Source: Myxococcota bacterium (GTDB taxonomy: Bacteria > Myxococcota_A > Polyangia > Polyangiales > Sandaracinaceae). Taken from it: 43,289 nucleotides of DNA. A program made the position numbers and the translations under genes. A model generated the notes under the pieces. That model worked only from the letters and a program-made list of their open reading frames with translations. It ran no database searches and was not told the DNA's origin. Below, piece by piece: positions 28,284-35,935 of the stretch. The stretch covers positions 1 through 43,289 of the forward strand of contig JAYZQJ010000286.1 in the NCBI GenBank assembly GCA_036149055.1, written 5' to 3'. Within the stretch, counting starts at the first letter, position 1, and each line of letters begins with the position of its first letter.

Positions 28284-29345
28284 TCACGGACGCAGCCTGA
28301 TGCCGAGGGTGCCCCAGACCGTCACGAGGTCCTCGACGAGGACCCGCTCGACCGCGCTGGCGCAGACCTCGGGCATGCCGGGCGGGGGGCGGGTGCTCCG
28401 GATGAAGACGGCGGGCGAGGTGTGCACGTCGGCGCCGATCTCGAGCACCAGCTCGAACGGCGCCGCGAAGCGCCACGCGCCCTCGATCCCGCCCCGGATG
28501 CCGAAGTCGGTCGCGACCCGGCTGACGTCGAGGCCGACGAGGTTGGCGAGGCCGAAGCGGCTGAGGATGCCGAAGTCGAAGGCGAAGGAGACGTCGTCGA
28601 TGACGATCGGGCGCAGCTGGAGGCGGAGCGCGAGGTTGATCGGGCGGTACTCGATGCGGCGGCCGTCGCAGGACGCGCTCTCCTCGGGCAGCACCGGCAG
28701 GTCGCCCTCGAGCACCACGCAGCTCGTGTCGAGGCAGAGGCCGAGGCCGATGCGCGGCCCGAGGATCAGGGTCTCGCGCTCGGTCGAGAGCCCCATGAGG
28801 AAGCCGATGTTGATGGTCGGCTTGGCGAGGGCCTCGCGCGGTCGGCGCGGGCCGAAGAGCCCGCCCTCGCGCTCCCGGTAGATCCAGAGCACCTGCTGGC
28901 CGTCGTGCGGGTAGGAGCGCTGGCTCGCGCTCCCCTCCGGCGGGCCGTCGAGCGCGGCGTCGCGGAGCGCCTCCACCGCGAGCGCCACCGCCCGCGCGCG
29001 CCCGCGCCGCCCTCCCGCGAGGGGCACCTCGCTCCGGAACACCTGCCCCTCCGGCCCGGCGAGCACCAGGAGGATCTCGCCGTCGATCCGGTCGAGGGCC
29101 ATGTGCCCCTCGGGCACCGCCTCGAGCACCTCGGGGGGCGCGTCCTCCCCCACCGCGACCGGGACGTCGAGGCGCAGCGCCAGGATCCGCTCGACGCGCT
29201 CGGCGAGGGCTCGGGTGCGCGCGGTCGGGCGGAGGGTCAGCGGGCGATCGGGCGCGAGCCGCGGGAGCGCGTCTCCCTGCGCGCGCGCCCCGAGTGGGCA
29301 CGCGAGCAGGAGCACGAGCGCGACGCCGGCGGCCCGCCCCAGCAC
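28284..29345 (-). CDS. Hypothetical secreted protein with a probable C-terminal beta-barrel
   Basis: Signal ending ARA/Q; C-terminal amphipathic strands (LGPRIGLGL, LALRLQL, GIRGGIEGAW, WGTLGIRL). Starts 3 nt after the PEGA gene stop. Confidence 0.65.
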   Translation of the reverse strand: MLGRAAGVALVLLLACPLGARAQGDALPRLAPDRPLTLRPTARTRALAERVERILALRLDVPVAVGEDAPPEVLEAVPEGHMALDRIDGEILLVLAGPEGQVFRSEVPLAGGRRGRARAVALAVEALRDAALDGPPEGSASQRSYPHDGQQVLWIYREREGGLFGPRRPREALAKPTINIGFLMGLSTERETLILGPRIGLGLCLDTSCVVLEGDLPVLPEESASCDGRRIEYRPINLALRLQLRPIVIDDVSFAFDFGILSRFGLANLVGLDVSRVATDFGIRGGIEGAWRFAAPFELVLEIGADVHTSPAVFIRSTRPPPGMPEVCASAVERVLVEDLVTVWGTLGIRLRP

Positions 29346-29348
29346 ACG

Positions 29349-31547
29349 TCAGAACTTGTAGGTGGTGCCGATGCGGAAGTAGAACTGGGTGTCGTTCGCC
29401 TCGATGCCGAGCAGGTTGCCCATGATGCGGCGGGGCGCCTGGTTCAGGATGCCCTCGAGGAGGAACCACAGGTTCCAGTTGCGGGTGAGCACGAGCTCCA
29501 GGGTGCCGCCCAGGCGGACCCGGCCCCAGTCCTCGCGCGGGCAGGCGAGGTCGGCGCCCGACTCGGTGCAGTACGCGTTCCCCTCGCGATCGAAGTCGAG
29601 GTAGACGCCGCTGTTGAACGGGTGACCGGCGTACTCGTCGCTCGAGAGGTCGAGGCCGAGCCAGAGGGTGAACGCGCCGGTGTCGGAGAAGTGCAGGCTC
29701 CCCATGGCCTCGAGGCTCATGAAGATGCTGTTGATCGGGTAGGAGAACTCGTTGCCCGCCGCCGGGGTGTCCGGGCGGGTGTCGTAGCGCTCCTCGTTCG
29801 GCAGGACGCCGCCGCCCATCGCCGGCGGGTAGCTCGGCTGACGGTGCCCGAGCTCCGGACCGATGCCGCCGCCGAAGCGGACCTGGCCGCCGACCGCGAG
29901 CTGCTCGATCGGGCGGAAGCCGGCGCGCACGCGGCCCTCGAACTCGGTGAGGCGGCCGAAGCTCCGCACCGCGAAGCCCGCGTCGAGCCAGTCGAGCAGG
30001 CCGACGCTGAGCCGCATCTCGGCCAGGTACGGCCAGCCGAGCGAGAGATCGATCGTCGCCTGGTTCACGACCAGCGGCGCCGCCGAGTGCGTCACCGCGG
30101 CCCCGCGCCGCCGCTCGTCCTCCTGGACCAGCACCTGGCGCTCCTCGTCGGACATGCCGTCGGTGATGCGCGGCAGGGTGATGTCGAAGGGCCGGACCTC
30201 GGAGCTCGGCGTGAGCAGCACCTGCTGGCGGAACTCCTCGTACTCGGGCGCCTGCACCACGAGCACGTGGGAGCCGGCCGGGAGCGTGCCGTCGTACGGG
30301 ACCGGCCCGGCGAGCTCGTCGTCGACGAAGAGCTGCGCGCCGCGGATCCCGGGCTGCACGGCCACTCGCACCCGCACCTGCTGGGGCACGAGCACCGCGT
30401 CGACCTCGCAGTTCTGGCCGGGGCGGGTCTCGCAGGTGGTGCTGTACTCCTGGTGCCCGTCGGCGCGCACCACGATGGCGTGCGGCCCGGCCTCCGGGGT
30501 CAGCACGACCGGCGCCTGCCCGCGCTCCTCGCCGTCGATCAGGACGATGGCGCCGTCGACGTTCGACTCGACGACGATGCGGCCGGGCTCGCCGACCTCG
30601 GGCTGCATGTCGAGCGAGACCACGCGCTGCTGGCCGGCCTCGATGGTCACCGTCTGCCGGGCGCGCTGGTGGCCCTCGGCGGTGGCCTCGACGATGTGCT
30701 CGCCGGCGGCGAGGCCCTCGCGCGAGGCGGGCGACGGCCCGATGACCTCGCCGTCGATGCTGATCACCGCGCCCGGGGCGCTGGCGATCACGCGGAGCGT
30801 CCCGCCCTGCTGGGCCGGCATGGCGACCGTGGCCCGCTGTCCGGCGAGCACGGTGACCGACTGGCTGTAGGGCGGGAGGCCGGGCGGGCGGATCTCGACG
30901 GTGTGGCTGCCCACCGCGACCCCGTCGATCACCGTCGGCGTCGAGCCGCGCGGCGTCCCGTCGAGGAACACGGGCGCCCCCGGCGGGCCGCTGACCAGGA
31001 TCGACCCGGTGTCCGGCGCCGACTGCTGGAGGATCGCCGCGACGCGGACCATCTGGCCGCCGCCGACCTCGACCCACTGCTCGAAGGTGTCGTAGCCCTC
31101 GCGCTGCACCCGGACCTGGTGCCGGCCCGGCTGCAGATCGGTCACCCGGATCGGCGTGGCGCCGAGCGCGCCCCCGACCTGGCGCCCGTCGACGAACACG
31201 TTGGCGCCCTGCGCCCCGGCGTTGCCCGCGGACACCTCGATGGTGCCGAGCGCGCGCAGCACCGCGCGGAAGGTCTCCCGCCGCCGGCGCACGTCGACCT
31301 GGAGCCGCGCCTCCTCGTGGTTGAGGAGCTGGAAGATGATCGTGTGCTCGCCCCGCTCCACCCGCACGTTCCGCAGCGGCGTCGTGCCGAGGGGCGGGCT
31401 GGAGGTCGAGTCCAGGTACACGGTGGCGCCGGGCGGCACCGACTCGATGTTGATCGGGATGCGGTAGGCGTGCGCGGTCGAGGTGACCGCCGCCAGCGAC
31501 ACCAGCATGGCGCCGAGGAAGATCGAGAGAGACGAGAGTCGAGCCAT
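29349..31547 (-). CDS. Multi-PEGA protein with C-terminal outer-membrane beta-barrel
   Basis: AGGAGG SD before ATG 31547; signal ending AHA; six PEGA-like repeats; barrel strands ending FYFRIGTTYKF (BAM-type terminal Phe). Confidence 0.85.
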   Translation of the reverse strand: MARLSSLSIFLGAMLVSLAAVTSTAHAYRIPINIESVPPGATVYLDSTSSPPLGTTPLRNVRVERGEHTIIFQLLNHEEARLQVDVRRRRETFRAVLRALGTIEVSAGNAGAQGANVFVDGRQVGGALGATPIRVTDLQPGRHQVRVQREGYDTFEQWVEVGGGQMVRVAAILQQSAPDTGSILVSGPPGAPVFLDGTPRGSTPTVIDGVAVGSHTVEIRPPGLPPYSQSVTVLAGQRATVAMPAQQGGTLRVIASAPGAVISIDGEVIGPSPASREGLAAGEHIVEATAEGHQRARQTVTIEAGQQRVVSLDMQPEVGEPGRIVVESNVDGAIVLIDGEERGQAPVVLTPEAGPHAIVVRADGHQEYSTTCETRPGQNCEVDAVLVPQQVRVRVAVQPGIRGAQLFVDDELAGPVPYDGTLPAGSHVLVVQAPEYEEFRQQVLLTPSSEVRPFDITLPRITDGMSDEERQVLVQEDERRRGAAVTHSAAPLVVNQATIDLSLGWPYLAEMRLSVGLLDWLDAGFAVRSFGRLTEFEGRVRAGFRPIEQLAVGGQVRFGGGIGPELGHRQPSYPPAMGGGVLPNEERYDTRPDTPAAGNEFSYPINSIFMSLEAMGSLHFSDTGAFTLWLGLDLSSDEYAGHPFNSGVYLDFDREGNAYCTESGADLACPREDWGRVRLGGTLELVLTRNWNLWFLLEGILNQAPRRIMGNLLGIEANDTQFYFRIGTTYKF

Positions 31548-31762
31548 CGGGTCCTCCTGCCGCCGGTGGGGCGGCCTTCCGGGCTTGCCTTGCATAGGCT
31601 GGACGCCGGAATTTCTCAAGCATTCAGTGCGGTCCGCCTGCTCCCGGCCGGCCCGTGACCGGCGCCTTACAGGAAACTCTCAGCAGGTGTTCACTCTTGT
31701 TCTCATCTGCTAAGGTGCGGACCAGCTGGCGGGACCGCGCGTCCCCCTGCAGCGCTTTTCAC

Positions 31763-33631
31763 ATGACGAGCAGTCCCGCGAAGATGAGCGTCAACAGCGA
31801 CGCGTCTGGGCCCAACACCGCACCCTCGGCGCGCTCCGCCCGTCAGAGGAAGGCGTTCGTCCCGGTCCACCCCACCCCCTGCGGGAAATACACGCTGATC
31901 GCCAAGGTCGGCCACGGCGGCATGGCCGAGGTGTTCCTGGGCGTCGCCTCGGGCATGGCGGGCTTCCGCAAGCTCTCGGTGGTGAAGCGGATCCACCCGC
32001 AGCTCCTCGAGGAGCCCGAGTTCGTCCAGATGTTCCTGGACGAGGCGCGCCTCGCCGCGCGGCTGAGCCACCCCAACGTCGTGCAGACCCACGAGGTGGG
32101 AGAGCACGACGGCGTGCCCTTCATCGCGATGGAGTATCTGGAGGGGCAGCCCTACGACAAGCTCCTCAAGATGATCCGCCGCAAGGGCGAGCAGATCCCG
32201 CTCAAGCTCGCCATCCGGGTCGTCATGGAGTCGCTGGCCGGCCTCCACTACGCGCACGAGCTCAAGGACTACGACGGCACCCCGCTCGGGGTCGTGCACC
32301 GCGACATCTCGCCCTCGAACATCTTCGTCACCTACCAGGGCAGCGTGAAGATCCTGGACTTCGGCATCGCCAAGGCGACGACGAAGCTCTCGGAGACGCG
32401 CACCGGTCAGATCAAGGGCAAGCTCTCCTACATGGCGCCGGAGCAGGCGCGCGGGAAGCAGATCGACGCCCGCGCCGACGTCTGGAGCATGGGCGTCACC
32501 CTCTTCGAGAGCGCCACGGGCGCCCGCCTGTTCAAGGGCGAGAGCGACGTCGACACCCTGCAGCGCGTGCTCACCGGCAACATCGAGGAGCTCCTCGACG
32601 AGGCCGACGCGAGCCTGCCGGCGTCGGTGGCCGCGATCGTGCGAAAGGCCCTGTCCCGCAGGGTCGAGGATCGCTTCGAGAGCGCGGCGCAGATGAAGAA
32701 CGCGCTCGCCGAGGTGCTCAAGGAGCTGCCGGGGGACGACCCGGCGCCCGAGCAGTACCTGACGGAGCACTTCGAGGAGCTGGCCTCCTCGCAGCGCGAG
32801 ATGCTCGGCGACCTGCTCGAGCACGCGGAGAAGCTGAGCCAGCAGAAGGCCGCGGAGCCGGAGCCGGCCGCCGCGGTGGCGCCGGCCGCCGAGGCGGCGC
32901 CGGCGGCCGCGCCCGCCCCTCGCCGGCAGGGTTGGCAGACGGCCCTGCTCGCCGCGCTGATCGTGCTCGGCATCGGCGGCGGGGTCTACGTGGCGCTCTC
33001 CACCGAAGAAGAGGGAGACCGCGGCGCGTTGGCGGCGGCGGGCACCGGCCCGGCCGAGTCCCCCGAGGCGCAGACCACCCCCGAAGCGCAGCCCACGCCG
33101 GAGGCGCAGGCCACCCCCGAAGCGCAGGCCACCCCGGGAGCGCAGACCACCCCGGGAGCGGAGGGCGGCGAGGAGCCCCCCGAGACCGAGCCCTCCGGGT
33201 CGGGCGCGGAGGCCGAGGCCCCGGGGACCGAAGGGCCCGCGGGCGAGGAGACGGCGTCCGCCGAGGGCGCCGAGGAAGAGGGCGAGACGAGCGCCGAGCC
33301 GTCCGGCCGCCCCGACGCGAGGGAGCGAGAGCGCCGTCGCCGGCTCGCCGAGCGCCGACGCGCGGAGGCGGCCGCGGCCCGCGCCGAGCGACGCGCCGAG
33401 GAGGCCGCCCCGGCCTCGAACGAGTTCGGCACCCTGCGGCTGGTCACGCGGCCCTACTCCGAGGTCTACCTGAACGGCCGCCGGATCGGGACCACGCCCC
33501 TGCTGGGTCACCGCCTGCCCGCCGGGAGCCACACGCTGGTCCTCCGCAACCCGGAGCAGGGCATCGAGCAGCGCGTCAGCGTGCGCATCCAGGCCAACGA
33601 GACGACGCCGCTGAACCTCAGCCTCGACTGA
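31763..33631 (+). CDS. Transmembrane Ser/Thr kinase with C-terminal periplasmic PEGA domain
   Basis: VGHGGMAEVF, VVKR, HRDISPSN, DFG, GKLSYMAPEQ; TM; C-terminal GTLRLVTRPYSEVYLNGRRIGTTPL. Start at 31763 or 31784. Confidence 0.9.
   Translation: MTSSPAKMSVNSDASGPNTAPSARSARQRKAFVPVHPTPCGKYTLIAKVGHGGMAEVFLGVASGMAGFRKLSVVKRIHPQLLEEPEFVQMFLDEARLAARLSHPNVVQTHEVGEHDGVPFIAMEYLEGQPYDKLLKMIRRKGEQIPLKLAIRVVMESLAGLHYAHELKDYDGTPLGVVHRDISPSNIFVTYQGSVKILDFGIAKATTKLSETRTGQIKGKLSYMAPEQARGKQIDARADVWSMGVTLFESATGARLFKGESDVDTLQRVLTGNIEELLDEADASLPASVAAIVRKALSRRVEDRFESAAQMKNALAEVLKELPGDDPAPEQYLTEHFEELASSQREMLGDLLEHAEKLSQQKAAEPEPAAAVAPAAEAAPAAAPAPRRQGWQTALLAALIVLGIGGGVYVALSTEEEGDRGALAAAGTGPAESPEAQTTPEAQPTPEAQATPEAQATPGAQTTPGAEGGEEPPETEPSGSGAEAEAPGTEGPAGEETASAEGAEEEGETSAEPSGRPDARERERRRRLAERRRAEAAAARAERRAEEAAPASNEFGTLRLVTRPYSEVYLNGRRIGTTPLLGHRLPAGSHTLVLRNPEQGIEQRVSVRIQANETTPLNLSLD
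33062..33160 (+). repeat. In-frame 18-bp tandem repeat (about 5.5 copies) encoding P(E/G)AQ(T/P/A)T
   Basis: PEAQTT PEAQPT PEAQAT PEAQAT PGAQTT PGA in the periplasmic linker of the kinase. Confidence 0.85.
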
Positions 33632-33662
33632 CGGGCCCGCACCCCACCGTGAGCAGCAGCAG

Positions 33663-35015
33663 TTGAGCGCCACGCGAACGCGACGCAGCCTCTGGCAGTC
33701 GTTCCTCCGGCACCCGATGACGGCCTCGGTCGCCGTCGTCTGGTCGGTCTGGCTCACGTTCATGCTCGTGACCGACGCCTGGGGCCTGTTCGAGGGCGGG
33801 TGGCCGATGTCGGTCACCATGGCCTTCGGCTCCTTCGTCGCGGGCGCCACGAGCGAGGGCGGCGGCGCGGTCGCGTTCCCGGTGATGACGCTGGTCTTCC
33901 AGCTCGAGCCGAGCGTCGCCCGCGACTTCTCGTTGATGATCCAGTCGATCGGGATGACGGCGGCGAGCTACGCGATCTTCCGGCTCCGCGTCCCGGTGGA
34001 TCGCACCGCGCTGATCTACGGGAGCCTCGGCGGCGCCCTCGGGATCGTCTTCGCGATGGAGGTGGTGGCCCCCCTGGTGCGCCCCGCCTACGTGAAGATG
34101 TTCTTCGTGAGCTTCTGGGCCGGCTTCGGCTACGCGCTCTACCGCATCCGGAGGCGAGCCGGCCGCGAGACCCGCCGCGAGATCGGCGCCGCCCCGCCGC
34201 GCGTGATCGCGCTCCTGCTCGGCGTGGGCTTCGTCGGCGGCATGGTCAGCGGGCTCACCGGGAGCGGCCTCGACATCAGCCTCTTCGCGCTGCTCGTCCT
34301 GGGCTTCGGGCTCGACGAGCGCATCGCCACGCCGACCTCGGTCGTGCTGATGGCGGGCAACGCCGTGGTCGGCGCCGTCGCGCGCGCGGCCACGCCCGGC
34401 GCGATCTCGGCCGAGGCCGTCGACTTCTGGCTCGTCTGCATCCCGGTCGTCGTCGTCGGCGCTCCCCTCGGCGCGTGGGCGAGCGCCCACCTCCCGCGGC
34501 GCCTGCTCGTCGGGTTCCTGCTGCTCGTCATCACCGTGCAGCTGGCCGGGGCCTGGCTCCTGCTCCCGCTCGACTGGACGCTCGCCACCTTCAGCCTCGT
34601 CACCATCGCGGCGGGCGTGCTCGGCTTCGGGCTCCTCGATCGCATGGGCAGCCGGAGCCTCCGGCGAGGCGGCACCCGCTGGCAGGTCACGCCGGCCGCC
34701 GCCGCGCACCTCGACGACGCCGCGGGCGAGCGCGTCGAGGCGCGCCTCGTGAACATCGGCACGAACGGCGCGCTGCTGAGCCTCGAGGCGCCGCCGGACA
34801 CGCTCACCCCTCCGCTCCAGCTGGTGCTCCCGGACGGCACGGTGGAGGGCATCCGGATCCCGATCGCGGTGCGCCACCACGAGCTGGACGAGGAGGGCCG
34901 CAGCGCCGTCGGCGTGCAGTTCCGCGCGCAGAACGCGGCGGTGCTACGCGACGTCGATCGCTGGCGCGACGCCCAGAGCGCCGAGCACACCTTCGTGGTC
35001 GGCGCCTCGACCTAG
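33663..35015 (+). CDS. TauE/SafE-family permease fused to a C-terminal PilZ domain
   Basis: FGSFVAGATSEGGGAVAFPVMTL, SLMIQSIGM, GSGLD, ATPTSVVLM, VVVGAPLG. C-terminal RRGGTR...NIGTNGA...AVRH...VGVQF. TTG start uncertain. Confidence 0.82.
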   Translation: MSATRTRRSLWQSFLRHPMTASVAVVWSVWLTFMLVTDAWGLFEGGWPMSVTMAFGSFVAGATSEGGGAVAFPVMTLVFQLEPSVARDFSLMIQSIGMTAASYAIFRLRVPVDRTALIYGSLGGALGIVFAMEVVAPLVRPAYVKMFFVSFWAGFGYALYRIRRRAGRETRREIGAAPPRVIALLLGVGFVGGMVSGLTGSGLDISLFALLVLGFGLDERIATPTSVVLMAGNAVVGAVARAATPGAISAEAVDFWLVCIPVVVVGAPLGAWASAHLPRRLLVGFLLLVITVQLAGAWLLLPLDWTLATFSLVTIAAGVLGFGLLDRMGSRSLRRGGTRWQVTPAAAAHLDDAAGERVEARLVNIGTNGALLSLEAPPDTLTPPLQLVLPDGTVEGIRIPIAVRHHELDEEGRSAVGVQFRAQNAAVLRDVDRWRDAQSAEHTFVVGAST

Positions 35016-35017
35016 CC

Positions 35018-35896
35018 CTACCCGCGCGCGGCTTCGATCGCCGCCTCGCCGGCGGCGAGCAGATCGACCTCGTCGCGGTCGCCGTTCGAGACCGAGACCA
35101 CCGCGATCAGGGGCGCGAGCTCGAGGCGCTGCCCCTCGAACAGAACCCGCCCGCGCCGCACCTCGGCCTCGAGGCGGCCCGCCACCTCGAGCGCCTCGGG
35201 GCGTGACGTGGTGCGGCAGAGGATGCCCAGCCGCAGGTCGCCGAGGCGCGCCACGACGTCCTCCTGGCGCACGCAGCGCAGGGTCTGGTCGGCGAGCTGG
35301 CGGAGCGCGAAGGCGACCGCGCGCTGCCCGAGCTCGTCGCCCCCGAACGTCAGCTCGACGACGATGAGCGAGAGGCTGGCCCCTCGGCGCTTCGCGTAGG
35401 CGGTCTCCTCGGCGATGCGGTCGATCATCACGTGGCGCCGGAACACGCCGAGCAGCGGGTCGCGCGTGGCCGCGCGGTACACCCGCCCGTGGAACTCGTC
35501 GGCGTGCTCGGGAGGCACCGAGAACGAGATGAGCTCGCAGCCGCCGAGCCGTACGCGGTCGCCGTCCTTCAGCGGCACGGCGTCGAGGATCCTTGCGCCG
35601 TTGACCGACGTGCCGTTGGTGGATCCGAGGTCCTCGACCCAGAGCATGCCGCCGCGCCGGAAGAGGCGCGCGTGCGCGCGGGAGAGGCCCTCGTCGGGCA
35701 CCGTGAGCGTCGCGAGCTCGGAGCGACCGATGACGAAGCTCTCGCCGTCGAGCTGAACCAGCCTGCCCGCGGCCTCACCGGCCACGACCAGCACGAACGC
35801 GCGATCGGTCCGGCGCTTGCCGGGGGCCTCGAACATCCGCGCGCCGAGCAGCTCGGTCCCTTCTTCGTCTTCGTCCAGAAATGCCGAATCGCTCAT
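35018..35896 (-). CDS. FHA domain plus degenerate GGDEF domain
   Basis: FHA: IGRS...GLSRAHA...EDLGSTNGT. GGDEF-like fold: RDPLLG...VRQEDVVARLGDLRL, with no GGDEF signature and the I-site RxxD retained. Confidence 0.82.
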   Translation of the reverse strand: MSDSAFLDEDEEGTELLGARMFEAPGKRRTDRAFVLVVAGEAAGRLVQLDGESFVIGRSELATLTVPDEGLSRAHARLFRRGGMLWVEDLGSTNGTSVNGARILDAVPLKDGDRVRLGGCELISFSVPPEHADEFHGRVYRAATRDPLLGVFRRHVMIDRIAEETAYAKRRGASLSLIVVELTFGGDELGQRAVAFALRQLADQTLRCVRQEDVVARLGDLRLGILCRTTSRPEALEVAGRLEAEVRRGRVLFEGQRLELAPLIAVVSVSNGDRDEVDLLAAGEAAIEAARG

Positions 35897-35935
35897 CGAG
35901 ACTCTCAGCTCTCTCGTGGTATACCCTCTGGCTCG

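Noticed and set aside
31575..31600. Possible sigma54 site GGGCTTGCCTTGCA
   Set aside because: GG to GC spacing is 9 nt rather than the required 10.
28234..33850. Giant ORFs 28234..31623, 28422..31658 and 31703..33850
   Set aside because: Shadow frames of the PEGA and kinase genes.
35018..35896. Active diguanylate cyclase call
   Set aside because: The GG(D/E)EF signature and metal-binding residues are absent.
35432..35935. N-terminal extension of the 1333-aa FAAL ORF
   Set aside because: Antisense to the FHA gene; FAAL similarity starts at MKVPSLL (35936).
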